Positions 50,290 to 62,868 of a DNA stretch of 64,000 bases are shown piece by piece. Source of the DNA: Prorocentrum cordatum (Eukaryota); contig CAUYUJ010000048.1 in NCBI GenBank assembly GCA_963575745.1, positions 496,001-560,000 of the forward strand, in the 5' to 3' direction. Made by a program: the position numbers and the translations under genes. Every line of letters starts with the position of its first letter. The stretch's first letter is position 1. Below the pieces are notes generated by a model. The model was not told the DNA's origin. It did no database searches and worked only from the letters and a program-made list of their open reading frames with translations.

Positions 50290-50640
50290 CTTCCCCCTCC
50301 TCGCTCCTCATGGTATTCCTGTACAGTCTGCGTTGTGAAGTCATGGTCCTAGTCCCGCTGAACCGGAATGTGGTCACTCTCACGTTCCTCCTGTTACTGC
50401 TCGAGAGTGCCGTCATTTCCCTCCTCCGTCCGCCTCCTCCCCTGGACCGACCAGGCGCGCCCGACTCAGCTCCCCCATCCTTTACTCTTCTAAGCAACTA
50501 CGTACCTTCTCTCCCTCGCCCCATCAGGCGTGTCGTCAGGTCGGTCCAGTCGTTGCGTCTAAGACCCCCTCGCCGCTTAGTTATTTTGGAGCTTCACAAG
50601 TTTCCAGCAGTCACACGGATCGATGGCTGGTCGGTGCTAA
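50290..50640 (-). mobile_element. Degraded CRE/R2-like LINE fragment
   Basis: Minus-strand peptides NDWTDL...RMGELSRARL...GNDGTLEQ resemble the pre-RT region GELSRAR...APG..TL of protist LINEs; stops and frameshifts present. Confidence 0.4.
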
Positions 50641-51571
50641 AGTAAGGTTTCCGCATGAGCACCGCGCACATTCGCCTGCAAACCGCTAATATGAGGTGAA
50701 TTGATATCACTAGGCGTGCGAGGGCCAGTTGCGCTGATGAAGGTCGATTAGTTTACAAAGCGGAACTCGCATGTTATGAAGCTCCAACCTATTTCAGCCT
50801 TGACCACCAGAAAAGAATTTCGAACACCAGAAAAATACCTCCAAACTCAAGGGTTTTCACGTGCCGGGCCCTGGGAGACACTCGTCCGACATTGTTTCGA
50901 CATTGTTTCGACACTCTTCGGGCACTTTTCTGGGTGCTCGAAATTATTTCTGGGATGTGGTCCTCAAGTACGATGGGAGCAACATAACTTTCATTTGATA
51001 CTTCCACGAACAACAGGACCCGAAGATGCTACATTGTGCGACGTACTCACGGATGTAGGGCGGCGCCTTCTCCGTTTCAGAATTGGGTTCTCGGTTGCGA
51101 CGGGTGTTGGTTTTATGACCAGAGGCTTGAGTTCGCTTTGTTGTTGTACTATGGATGACGCTGTTGTTTCAAATCGGAGGTGTCGCGTGACATGCCCTTG
51201 AGGGTTATGGTCCCACCTCGTCGCAGTCAGTGTAGTTCGATGAATGTAAGGCAGGTCCTTTTTCAAACGGGGCTCCCCCTGGAATCGCGGTCCGACGGGG
51301 CATTCGCCTTTGAAGGGGGCGCCCCCCAATGGAATCTATGTTTGTAGGGTTTTATGGAGAAGGGACTGGGGGCGGGAGGGTCAATTGCAGCATTGGTTGG
51401 TACATTTGGGGTTCGTTCTGGCGTTCCTCATCCTCCTCACTCTCCCCGTCCTCTTGCTGCTCCTACATCCCTCGCTGCCTGCAACAGGCGCAAGACCGCG
51501 TCGGTCTGCGCTTGTGCTGTTATTTCCGGAGGTTCTTGCCCACGTCTTGGGAGAGGGTTGATCCTGGTCAG

Positions 51572-51648
51572 GTTTGGCCTCGTGTCTGGCGGTCTTGCAC
51601 ACGGGACCGCTTTGGTCGCTCAAGTGCTCCGGGCAGCTGGAGCACGAG
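51572..51648 (+). CDS. Putative exon (FGLVSGGLAHGTALVAQVLRAAGAR)
   Basis: ggtcag|G acceptor, GAG|gc donor, phase 2->1. Confidence 0.45.
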
Positions 51649-51979
51649 GCCAAGTGGAAGTGCCCCCCCTTGTTCTTGGGGCCTCCCCCTTTGTTCTCTG
51701 GGCCAGCGGGGTTTTGTCTGCTGGCGTTGCTTCCATCCCATGCCATTCCATGCCGGCCACGCGCAGGGTGGGGTCGGGGGAGGGGGGAAAGCACGCGTCT
51801 TAGAGGGAGGCTGGTTCTCAGAAGGCGCGGGCCTTGCGTAACACTGTGAGGCTGGCGCCTTCGAAGAGGCAGCCTCCTTTCAAGAAGCCTTCCCCCATCC
51901 CCGTACCCCCCCCTAAGGCGCGCCGCCAAACAGAGCCGCGGCGCCCTCCTCGGCGACGGCCCCGAGCGCGAGCGGCGCC

Positions 51980-52017
<38 letters not shown>

Positions 52018-52063
52018 CCGTCGTCGTCATCGTCGCCGCCGTCGTCGTCGTCGCCGCCGTCGT

Positions 52064-52096
<33 letters not shown>

Positions 52097-52429
52097 CGTC
52101 GGCGTCGTCCCCCCCGCCACTGCGCCGCAGGAGCTCGAGCGCACGGCCCGCAGCCAGGCGCTGGAGGCCCCTGCGCGCAGCGGGTTCGGGGAGTGGGATT
52201 ATTCCTCCTCCTCTTCCTCCTTCTCCTCCTCCTCCTCCTCGTTATCCTCCTCCTCCTCCTCCCCCTTGTCCTCCTCCTCCTCCTCCTCCTCCTCCTCCTC
52301 CTCCTCCTCCTCCTCCTCTTGTTCTGACGGGCGCACGACGCTTCGTCTCCAGGGCATCTCCCGGCATCTCCTCTTGTTTTTCCTCCTCCTCCTTCCCCTC
52401 CCCCTCCCTCCCCCTCCTTCTCTGCGCCA

Positions 52430-53375
52430 GCACGGGGGACCTCGGCGCACTGAGCTCGCCAAGGGGTGCGCAATCATGAACGGCGAGCGAGTCAAGAATG
52501 GCGACGCCCTCGAGCTGGGCTCTGTGCGCGCGCTGCTCGACGAGATCGAGGAACGCGAGGGCGCTCCCGAGACCGTCGTGGCGGTCGAGCCCACCGTGGC
52601 CGTCGCCGGGGGCTCGAGAGGTCCAGGGCGAGGACGAGCCCATTGCCCAGCAGCAGGAGGAGCAGAAACGCTGAGCCGAGAGAGTCGAGAAGGCCGAGCA
52701 CCTGCTGATCGAGGTGCATTCCGAGGCCCCCGCGCACTACGCCTACCTCGAGGTGTCCAAGCAGGGGGCGGGCATGGCCGTCGAGTGCCGCGACGCCCTC
52801 GAGCAGCCGTCCGAGAACGCCGAGCGGGCCGCCGCGAGGATCCTCCGAAAGTTTGGCGCCATCGGTCCTGGCGAGGAATGCCTTGCGAGAAGCAACAAGA
52901 CGTTACAAGTAAATGGCTGGTCCAGCGGGCTCTGGGTGACGAGGTGGCGAGGTGGGTCGAGCGCGCCTTGCGCGAGATCCAAGGCGAGCGAGGGCCGCCC
53001 ACCGCCCATCAGCATCAACCAGGCGCGCGCTCGAGGCGGCGAGTGGGTCCAGAAGCTGCAGGCCACGATTGACAATCAGTCTGTTGAGGCCAAGGCCACG
53101 GCCAGGAGCAAAGGTCAAGGCCCAGCCGCCGAAGGGCCCGACCGTGCTAGAGCCGGAGCGCGAAGCTTTCGAGCGAGCCCAAGCCGCCGCGCAGGCGCGC
53201 ACGAAGCGCTCGGCCTGCGTTGTCGGCGTCAAGGGGTGGCGAGGTCGCGTGGGCGATCAGTTCGATTCGGTTCGCAAGAGGGGCTTCCTGGCGAGGGGCA
53301 CCAAGGATCTCCAGGGCGTGGGCGAGCTCTGACTGCCAGATCTCGAGGGGCGACGAGCGCCATCCGAGCGCGGAT
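52430..53375 (+). pseudogene. Decayed Ulp1/C48 (SUMO-protease-like) coding fragment, probably transposon cargo
   Basis: LLIEVHSEAPAHYAYLEV...VECRDAL...LQVNGWSSGLWVTRW follows the Ulp1 order H...D...QxNGxxCG, with Ser at the expected Cys position. It is intronless, with an in-frame stop near 52672 and several frameshifts. Confidence 0.6.
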
Positions 53376-53967
53376 CTAGAGAGGCGCCCAGGATTATCAT
53401 CGTCGTCCTCTTTACTGTCATCGTCGCGCTGCGATCTCCGGGAAAACGTGCGTTATCCCCCTGGGCCTCGAATTTTATTGCTCCCGCGGTTCAATGTCAG
53501 GGGCGCAGTGTTATCGATTTCCCAAACAATCTCACTATCGATCTCGCCGCTCTGCTGCATGACACTGGCTCGCGCCGCCCTGCTCCGTGTCGCGGAACAC
53601 ACGTGGCGCCGACGGGGCGCCCCCAGCCGCCGCGCGCCGAGGGGGGGGCCGGCAACTGGCTCCACGGCCCCTCCACGGCGGCGTCATTCCTCCCGCGTGC
53701 CCGCGCAGCTTCGCTTTGCCCGCGGGCGCGACGCAAACGCGAGGCCGAAACCGATTCCCCGGTGCGGGGCTGTCCGCTCCCTTTTGATTCCACCCCCAAC
53801 TTCCGATGCGTCTCTCTCTATCTCTCTCTCTTTCTCTTCCTCTCTTGTTTGTTTTTTTGTTCTCTCTCTCTCTCTCTTTCCAGCTCTCTCTCTCTCTCTC
53901 TCTTTCATGTTTTGCTTTTGTTTGTTTTGTGCTCCTCTTTCTCTCTCTCTCTCTCTATATATGTTGT

Positions 53968-54018
<51 letters not shown>

Positions 54019-54087
54019 TACATGTCTGGGTATCGTTCACCTATGGACATGATGTTGCATCGGAAGCTCGAATTTGGTGCAATGTAG

Positions 54088-54253
54088 GGCTTCGGCCGCG
54101 GGAGCGCGATTCAGTGCGTCATTTGCAGAGGGTGCTGGCCCAGGGTGCGAATCTGGTGCAACTTTCAGGGCGCAGCTGCCCCAGGGACGCGACAATCATG
54201 TATTTTTTGGCGTTCCATGGCCACGGGGACATCCATGAGAACCCCGAAGGGGG
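54088..54253 (+). CDS. Putative exon (GLRPRERDSVRHLQRVLAQGANLVQLSGRSCPRDATIMYFLAFHGHGDIHENPEG)
   Basis: atgtag|G acceptor, G|gt donor, phase 1->2. An internal donor at 54144 is possible. Confidence 0.45.
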
Positions 54254-54501
54254 GTTGTAAAAGAGTGCGAAGCAGAACGCGGCACGATAAGCAGGAAACC
54301 TCAGCCTGGTAGCCCGGTGGTCACAAAATGGGGGCCGGCGGATATGTGATCCCGTGTCGGGGGTTCAGAGGTCCCCCCCCCGATGGGATGGGTCCGAAGG
54401 CTTCACAGTCGCCCACCCACCCCGCCCCCCCCCCCGGTGGGATTGGGGGGGCGGGGGGACGACGGCGACGGCGACGATGACGACGACGACGCCGACGACG
54501 A

Positions 54502-54548
<47 letters not shown>

Positions 54549-54560
54549 ACGACCACGACC

Positions 54561-54595
<35 letters not shown>

Positions 54596-55827
54596 GACGA
54601 CCACGACCACGACCATGACGACGACCACGGCCACGACCACGACCACAACCACGACCACGACCCACTCCACCACGCCACGCCCACATGGCCACGACCACAT
54701 GCTGGGGGGGCGATCCCATCCGTGAGGCCGTCGCGGGGCTTACGGGGCGGGAGGGGGGTCGATCCCATGCGCTGGGTGTGGGGAGGGCGGTTATCTATAT
54801 ATATATATATATAGTACGTTGCCCGTTCCGTGTTCGGCAGACCGTAGAAGACGTTTCGTAACATCTTCCGAACCCGCGGTTCGCTGGACCATAATAGCTT
54901 CGAGTAGTGGTCAACGATTGCACCCGTCATGCGCGCGACTTGCGATTCATCAGGTGATTTGCAGCTCGGCATTGTCGATTTCGCTCGCCCACTTGGTTGC
55001 GAAAGCGAGTCATTACCAACAGGGTCTCAATGTGGGTCAGAGTCGTGATCCGTAATCGCGAACAGCGTGGCCACTCCAGGCGCTTGATGACAGGTCGCCA
55101 TGGGCCACGTGATGGGACCCAGCACCAATGCGCGACTGTCAAAGAACCGTTCCTGCCTGGCTACCCCCAGGCGCAAAACATTGTCGAGATGGCCGTGCGC
55201 GACATGACCCTCAGCCAGGAGAGGTCGGTCAAGGCGATAGAGGCCTCGGCCATGCCCGCCCGGGCCCACGGTCGTGGTGTGGGCGTCGTGCGGGTGCGTG
55301 CCCAGACATGCGACGTCCTGATTTTTTCACGACGGCGCCCAAGGAAATCCAGACCTTTTCCCCAGGGGATGAATCGTCTTTTGACCGTTCGGAGGCCCAG
55401 CGAGTGCCCCCCGAGGCCGAAAGTGGCCAAAAACCTTCCGTCCTCACTTTTTTGCGACGCGGTCGTGTCTGGGTGTGCGTGGTCCTGCCAGGCCCGCCAG
55501 TGCGCCCGCCGCCCCGGTAATTGAGACAGAATGACGGCTCCCGGGGGCAGCCCCGCTGGCGACCGCCAGCGTGGCGCGTGGCCCCCTTCGGTTCTGGGGC
55601 TGACGGGGCAAAGCGGCCGAGGAACGGCAGTGGCGGGCGTCGTCGCCGTCGTCGCCGTCTGCGGCGGCGGCGGCGGCGGCGTCGTCGTCGTCGGCGGCGG
55701 CGGCGTCATCGTCGTCGGCGTCGTCGGCGGCGTCGTCGGCGTCGGCGTCGTCGTCGTCCGCCCCTCCGCCGCGACGCCGGGGCGGCCGCGTGCGAGCGGG
55801 CCGGTCGTGTCCGGGGACATCCTCCAG

Positions 55828-55888
55828 GGAGTTTCTCGCTCCGGAGGGCCAGCTTCGTCTCAGGAGGGGCTCTGCCACGTGCCTTCAG
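55828..55888 (+). CDS. Putative exon (EFLAPEGQLRLRRGSATCLQ)
   Basis: cctccag|G acceptor, CAG|ga donor, phase 2->0. Confidence 0.45.
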
Positions 55889-56196
55889 GATGTGGTTGAC
55901 CCAGGGGGTCCAGCGAAAAGGGGGTGGTGCAATAGATTTGGTGCAATCTATCTGTAGGGTTGCAATAGATTTGGGGCGTGCTATGCATTCCGGGGCGATG
56001 CCGTATTGCTGGGTCTCCGCGTGTCATACATTAGTTGCAAACAATTGCAATACAAATTTCTGGCGCAACACATTTGCACTACGGTGGCCCCAGATTTATT
56101 GCCCCTCCCCTTTCAGCTGGACCCCTTCGCTGGGTCAACCGAACTTCGACCATGTTCGATCGCAATTCGCACTTCAATCTGCTCCTCGTGCCTGAG

Positions 56197-56213
56197 GATC
56201 TTCTGCGCCTGAG
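56197..56213 (+). CDS. Putative 17-nt micro-exon (DLLRLR)
   Basis: cctgag|G acceptor, GAG|gc donor, bridges phase 0->2. Confidence 0.25.
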
Positions 56214-56717
56214 GCGATGGAGGAGGAGGAAGAGGAGGAGGAGGAGGAGGAGGAGGAAAGGGAGGAAGAGGAGGGAGAAGGACCAGGAGGAGATGAGGAG
56301 GAGGAGGAGGAGGAGGAGGAGGAGGAGGAGGAGGAGGAGGAGGAGGAGGAGGGGCTCTGGTTTTCGGGCTGTGTCTTCTTTCCGGGTCGTGGAAGGCCTC
56401 TCATCGTGGCCGAGGCCTCGCCGTGGCCAGGACGCCACTTTTTTCGCTCCTTTGCTGCAGCAGTGTCCCCTCGTTGTGGCACGACGACTGCAGAAAGACT
56501 CCCGACAGGGGGGGACGGCGGGGCACTGCAAGGCTCATTTCGAGTTCTCCAATTCGACTCGATTCGATTTGGATGCTGATTCCTTATTGGAGGCCTACTT
56601 GCCTGCCGATCTCCGCCGATTCGGCTTCTCCCGGCTTGGCTGCCGATTCCCGCCGATCCGATTGATTTCGATCGCCGATCCGATTTATCGATTGGATTCT
56701 GGACTCTGGGTTTGAAG

Positions 56718-56815
56718 GCTCGACGATGCTGCGCTTGCTGCTTTGCAGTTGCGGCGGATGCGGCCTTCTGGTCGCGGGCTGAGTGATCGAGGAGATCTTG
56801 ATGGACGCGTGACAG
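56718..56815 (+). CDS. Putative exon (LDDAALAALQLRRMRPSGRGLSDRGDLDGRVT)
   Basis: tttgaag|G acceptor, CAG|gc donor, only phase 2 is open across it. Confidence 0.45.
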
Positions 56816-57180
56816 GCCTTCGTTCGACATCGTTTCTCTCCCCGTCCTCCCTCGTTTCCCAGGAGAGAGAGGAGGACAAGTGGAAGGAAAGGAGAACGAA
56901 GGAGCGGATGAGGATACGCACGAGGGGGCGAGGGGCGAGGGGAGAGACACGTTGCAAGGCTTTCTGTTGTATCGAAGACGCCAACGGCGAATCACCGCCG
57001 CCCCCTGCCTTTTGGGAAACGCCTCTGTGGCTAAGCCTTGGTCCCCAGCTTGGCCAAGCTATCGGACCATGTGTTCCCCCAGCCGTTTTGGAAACTCGTG
57101 ATGGAACCTATGGGAGAGGATCAGGGGGATGATCAGGAGAGGGATTAGGAGGAGGAGGAGGAGGAGGAGGAGGAAGAGGA

Positions 57181-57226
<46 letters not shown>

Positions 57227-59039
57227 CAGCAGCAGCAGCAATAGCAGCAGCAGCAGCAGTACGAGGAGGAGGAGGAGGAGGAGGAGGAGGAGGAGGAGGA
57301 GGAGGAGGAGAAGGAGGAGGAGGAGGAGGAGGGAAAGCTCTTGGGAGCCTCTTGGGGCTCAATTTTGGAGCTTCGTGAGAGCTTCCTGAGGGCCTCTTGG
57401 AGGCCTCTGGAGGGCCACCCCGGGCCTCTTGGAGGCTTCTAGGCCCCATGACCTTTTCGGCTGGCCTGGGGCGTCCCTGGCTTGTTTGACGCCGCCGGAA
57501 GCCGTCTTGGGGGCCTCTCTGAACCGACTTGGGGGGCCCTCCTGGGGCACTTCAGGGCGCCCTCTTGGGGGCCGTCTTGGAGGCCTCTTGGGCCATAGGT
57601 CCATCTTGGGGGCCACCTTGGAGGCCTCTTGGGCGATCTCGGGGCAACCTTGGGGGCCCCTTGGGCCGTCGTAGAGGCATTCTGGGGCCATCTTAGCCGT
57701 CTTGGAGGCCATCTTGGCCGTCTTGGAGGCATCTCGGATGCCATCTTGGGCCACCTTGGCTGTCGTAGAGGCGATTGGGTATTTTTTGCGGAGTGTGCGG
57801 CCTTTCGGGTGGCGGCGCAATGGACCGAACCCCCGTGGGGGGGTTTCTTGGAAAAAAGAACCCCTAACCAAAAACCGTAAACAATTCAGCGCACCAGGCA
57901 CCCCTTGGGGAGGCGAGCAGGGGGCGGCGGATCCAATGGCGTTCGGCCCATCCCGCCACCGTGCATGGTTTGTGAGGGCCATCGGCCTCCAGGATGTCCG
58001 TTGGGATGTCGCTGGGACCTCTCGGGGGCCGTTTTGACGCTTCTTGGGGCCGTGTTGGGGCCGTGTTGAGATCTCTTCGGGATCTTTGCGGGGTCTCTTG
58101 GGGCCTCCTTGGGGCTTCCTGCTGGCCTCTTGAAAGGACTCGAATTGTTGGTTCGTGCTCCTCCTCTTGGGCCCTACTTGGGGCTGTATTTGGCCGCATC
58201 CGGGGCCGCCTTTGAGCCCTCTTAGGCCGTGTTGGGGTCCTCACTGGGGGCCTCTTAGGCCGTCTTGGGGCGGTCTTGGGGGCCTCTTGGCCGTCTTAGA
58301 GCGTGGGGAGCTCACAGAGCCGAGGACCCCCACATCCTTGAACAACCAACGGAAAATCAATGATTTTGGCCTCTCGGGGCTCTCTTGGGAACGCTCTTGG
58401 GGCTCTCCGGGAGCGTCTCGAGGATTTTTGGGCCGTCTTGGGACCATTTTGGGAGTCTGGGTGCGATCTTGGGAAGTCTCCTGGCCCTCTTGGATCATCT
58501 TGTGAGTCTCGTGGGGCTTTCTTGGGCCCGTCTTCGGGTCCTCTTGGATCCGAAAAACTCACGCGAGGAGCGGTGGGGAGCGGCGCCAAGCCCAGTCAGA
58601 TTGGGCAATTTTGGGCCCAGGCTCCGTAAAAGAATCTTCAAGAGTGAGGAGGAGGCTTAGAGGAGGCGGAGGATGAGGAAGAGGAGAAGGAGGAGGAGGA
58701 GGAGGAGGAAGGAAGGCACCTGAGGGCACGCCCACTCCGTACCCACGGGCACGGTGGCGGATTCTTGATGTCTGGGAGCGCAACCTAGGGCGCAACAGAT
58801 GTAAGCCATGGTGCATTTTTATGACTCACGCCGATCATGGCGCAACATGCGCCGCAGCCAATGGTGCATCCCCTGGCGGAACTCGAGGCGCAACCCCTGG
58901 GGCAACCCGTGAATGGCGCAACCGACAGATGAGGCAGTTTTTGGCGCAACCCAGGGACGACGCAACCCATGGCGCGCCGCCTGGGTTGCACACCCCTCCG
59001 GCGCCCTGGTTAGAGCACCTGGTCCAATGTTCCCTCCAG

Positions 59040-59110
59040 GCATGCATGTGCTTCATCTCGTTGAAGTGAGCGGCCCGGGCGAAAGGCGCCTCTGGCTGCT
59101 CGCTGCCAAG
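59040..59110 (+). CDS. Putative exon (GMHVLHLVEVSGPGERRLWLLAAK)
   Basis: ttccctccag|G acceptor, AAG|gc donor, phase 1->0. Confidence 0.5.
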
Positions 59111-60221
59111 GCTGGGGCCCCCGGGAGGAGGGGATGGAGGAGCGAGGTCATGAAGGCCGTTGTATTCGTTGGGGCGTGCATGTGTGGGCAACCTTGCTCA
59201 GGGTTTTTGTTGATCAGCGTGGGGGGGTACCCCCCCGACGGGGGTCAACCTCGCCTCGTCGTTGCGCCGCGACGGGGGTCGTTGCGCCGCGCTAAGGCCC
59301 TTGGCGCGCGGTGGCTGCCCGCGACGGGGGTCGATGTGGGGCTGTCAGCGGGGGTGACGCCCCCAACGCTTATTAAGAAGCTCGGAGTACGCGGTCGAGC
59401 GTAGCGTCTCATATCCCGCTAGATCTGCCGGCCGAGGCCTTGGGCTTCTCGTCTCATCTTCCTGGTGGGCGCTGCCGCGACCCGACGAGCACATGCTACA
59501 TGCGACTTGCTCCCAAGCGGTGCACCTGGCACCCAGGTAAAAGCAGCAGTGCTCTTCCCGATGGCGCAATGCACTGCAGCGCGCGCGGTGCCCCGCTTCA
59601 CCCCCCCCAAAAACAGACGGCGCAAGAGGCCCCAACGATGGCTCCAATGAGGGGGCCCAGATGGGCGACCCGAACGAACATTTCGAGCCTTCGGCCAAGA
59701 GGGGCCCCCAGGAGACCCCAAGAGGCCCCCCAAGAGGCTCCAAGGGGCCCCCAGGAAGCCCCAAGAGGCCCAAAAATTTGTGGCCAGCTCCGAAGAGACC
59801 CCACGAAGCATCCCTGATAACTCTGACCAACACCCTAGGCACGGTGAGGCGGGATGGGCTGAATGCCATTTGATTGGAGCATAGAGGGTTGGGCCCAGGA
59901 CCTGAGGCCACACGCCTACTCCGTGCCCAGTGGTACGGTGGCGGATGTAGGCACACTGTCAACAAGATATATCAGCACGCATTGCAGATCTTGTCCAGAC
60001 AGTCGGGATTGCTGGGCACGCACAAGCCACGAGAAGCTTACACCTAAACAATCCAGCCCTTGAAACCTTGCCAGTCGTTGGCTGTTGTTCAGTTTTGCGG
60101 AAGGTCAAGGGGGAGGGGGGAGGAGGAGGAGCAGGATGATGAGAACAGGGACGAGGAATTGCAGCAGCAGGAGAGGGGAGGAGAAGAAGCAGGAGAAGCC
60201 AGAGAGGGTGCATGAGACCAG

Positions 60222-60244
60222 GCCAGACTCGACGAGCTGAAGAG
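60222..60244 (+). CDS. Putative short exon (ARLDELKR; may extend to 60275)
   Basis: accag|G acceptor, GAG|gt donor, GC3-rich. Confidence 0.35.
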
Positions 60245-60373
60245 GTCCGACAGCGCGCGCGCCAGCGTCATCGAGGACTGTGCCCTCCTCCTGTTTTCTT
60301 ATCTTCTTCCAAGGCCTCCCCTCAGGGGCTACATTTTGTCGCAGCTGCTCGGGGCAAAAGGATTGTGTTTCAG

Positions 60374-60454
60374 GTGCAGCCCGGAGATTCGTGCATGTCG
60401 GCCGGAAGAGGGACACCTTGCCGTGAACAACAAAAACAACATGTATCATCGTAG
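60374..60454 (+). CDS. Putative exon (CSPEIRACRPEEGHLAVNNKNNMYHRR)
   Basis: tgtgtttcag|G acceptor, TAG|gt donor, phase 2->2. Confidence 0.45.
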   Translation: MQPGDSCMSAGRGTPCREQQKQHVSS

Positions 60455-60951
60455 GTTTCGTGGCTGTCGGCGGGGACCTTTCAGGACGAGGTGGAGGTCA
60501 AGAACTCTGGACGCCTGGGGGCCTGTACGGGGCGTCCCCGTCGCCTCGGCTGGGTCCGTTCCAGAAGAAGTCAGTTTTTGGGGCGCGCACGTCACCAAAC
60601 ACTCGTGACGGTGGAGGTCTGGATAACGCAGCCGCTGAAACGTTCCGCCTTCCTTCGCCCTCTTCCCTTTTTGCCCGAGGAGGAGGTGGAGGAGGGCCGT
60701 GCGGCGATGTGCATGCCCAGCTGCTACCCGCTGCAGTCACACACCAGTCGATGCGCATGCCTACCGCATGCTGCCTTCCACGATCGCTTCTCTTCCGCCG
60801 CAGCACGGCAGCGGCAATTCTCACGGGCGTTCGACTTGTCGGGGATGCGCGACCAACCAGCTGTCGGCTGCAGGAGAGGGCGCGCGGGAGGAGAAGCGGC
60901 CGCAGAGGGCAGGAGGATGGAGGAGGGCACTCACGGCTGACAGCGCTTCAG

Positions 60952-61061
60952 GATGAGCGCGACGGAGATTCCAGCCAGGGCCGAAGTGATTTGGCAGAGG
61001 GCGCGGGACGGCATCACGGCCACGCCCAGGGACCGAAGCCAGGGCTGCTTCACGATCGCAG
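60952..61061 (+). CDS. Putative exon (MSATEIPARAEVIWQRARDGITATPRDRSQGCFTIA)
   Basis: cgcttcag|G acceptor, CAG|gc donor, phase 2->1. Confidence 0.45.
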
Positions 61062-61967
61062 GCTCGGAGTCGGAGAGGGGTGAGGACGAAGATGCGGAGC
61101 CTTAGGGGGGGGGAGCGGCGCAGGAGGAGGGAGGGCGATGAGGAGGGGTGAGGGAGGAGGGAGGGGACGGCGGAGGGAGGGAGGAGGGAGGAGGAGGACA
61201 TCGGAGCGTGGAGGGAGGCGGCTGACACATAGAGGCAGGGAGAGGCCGCGCCGCACTCGGCTGCCACCGCTCGTGCAGGCGCCGCGCCGCCGCGCGAGCG
61301 GCGGCGCCCCGGCCCACCGCGGCGCTTCGGCCAAGTCGGGCGTGTCCCCCCCCACAGGAGGAACACACAAGAATGGTATAGGAATCGTCTGCTGACGATC
61401 TCCGACCACCTTTGAATGTTTGTTTCGTTTGTTTTGTTTAACAAAAAACGAGAAATCTTGCAACGTCCGCCTGTAGGAGGACATGCCTGACCGAAGGCCA
61501 CGGCCGGCCGGCCACAGCGGGCTCGCCGGAGGTGCCTCGGTGTGGCGCGCGATCGCGCCGCGCCGCCCCGAGGCTCGCGCGCCGGCGCGGCTCCGCGCCA
61601 GGGCGCGTTCGTCAACGTCGTCGCCGCCGTCCCCTGAGAGCCTGGCGTCGCATTTTTTGTGTCACAGCCCTTGCGATGTCGCTCGATGTCGGCCCCGGGA
61701 CCCTCACAGAGCGATCCAGCTCGAGAGATGGCGCAGGAAGATGGGAATCGGGAGTTTGGTCTCGGTTTTTCGCGATGCTGGAGTTTCTGTTGCCATGTCG
61801 GATCTCAGAGAACGTCGTCGCCGCCGTCTTCGTGGAGCATCAGCGTCCTGGTCAGCGTCAGCGTCGTCGTCACGATCGACGTCGTCGTCGTCGGCGACAG
61901 AGGCAGCAGCAGCGTCGTCGTCAGCGTCAAAGCCGCGTCGTCGGCGGCGGCGGCGCTCCGCCGCCAG

Positions 61968-61991
61968 GATGTGAAGGCGGAGGTGCAGGAG
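61968..61991 (+). CDS. Putative 24-nt exon (DVKAEVQE, or alternative frame)
   Basis: ccgccag|G acceptor and canonical GAG|gtgag donor. Confidence 0.4.
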
Positions 61992-62209
61992 GTGAGGGCG
62001 CGGGCGGAGCAGGCGCAGCAGGCGCAGCAGGCGCAGCAGGCGCAGCAGGCGCAGCAGGCGGGCGGCAGGGGGTGCGGCGCGGGTCTCTGGGGAGTCTTTG
62101 GGAGAGAGACACCTACTGGGTATTCTGGAAGGCCCCCCTCGGTGGCGGATTCCCGGCCCCGCCCCGCCTTTGGGAAATGATCCTGACTCTTCAGAAGCGT
62201 GCTCGGACG

Positions 62210-62785
62210 CTCTCTTCCTCCTCCTCCTCCTCCTCCTCCTCCTCCTCCTCCTCCTCCACCTCTAACTCCTCTAACTCCTCTAACTCATCCTCCTCCTCTT
62301 CCTCCTCCTCCTTTTCCTCCTCCTCCGCCTCCTCCTTCTCCTCCTTCTCCTCCTTCTCCTCCTCCTCCTCCTCCTCCTCCCCCTCCCCCTCCGCCTCCTC
62401 CTCCTCCTTTCCCTCCTCCTCCTGCTCCCCCTTCTTCTCTTGCTCCTCCTCCTCCTCCTGCTCCCCCTTCTTCTCTTGCTCCTGCTCCTTCTGCTCCTCC
62501 TTCTCCTCCTGCTGCTCCTCCTCCTCCTCCTCCTCCCCCCTCCTCCTCCTCCCCATCTCCCCCTCCTCCTCCCTCCTCTCCCCTCCTCCTCCTCCTCCTC
62601 CTCCTCCCTCCTCCTCCTCCTCCTTCCCTCCTCCCCATCTCCTCCTCCTTATCCTCCCCTCATCCTCCCTCCTCCCCATCTCCTTCTCCTCCTCCGCCTC
62701 CCTCCTCCTCCTCCTCCTCCCCTCCTCCTCCTCCTCCTCCTCCTCCTCCTTCTCCTCCTCCTCCTCCTCCTCCTCCTCCTCCTCC
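62210..62785. repeat. (CCT)n microsatellite (representative of many CCT/GGA, GAC/GTC, GAT, CA and CT tracts)
   Basis: Direct inspection. Similar tracts at 12910-13110, 15600-16230, 22175-22720, 31290-31400, 54460-54660 and 63313-63470. Confidence 0.95.
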
Positions 62786-62800
62786 TTGCACTTTGGGCAG

Positions 62801-62868
62801 GACCCCCTGCTGGCGTGGTGCCTGCGCCCCCGCTGGACGGGCAGCAGGACGCCCGAGGCAGCTTCCAG
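62801..62868 (+). CDS. Putative exon (frame uncertain)
   Basis: ctttgggcag|G acceptor after a (CCT)n tract, CAG|gc donor. Confidence 0.4.

Noticed and set aside
54860..55210. Retroviral-type integrase remnant (PGYPQAQNIVEMAVR on +, IVDHYSKLLW on -)
   Set aside because: The two motif-like strings lie on opposite strands and no D,D-35-E spacing can be assembled.
55520..55540. Degenerate minus-strand spliced-leader relic
   Set aside because: Only 13/21 matches to the SL reverse complement, and I found no poly(A) or TSD partner.
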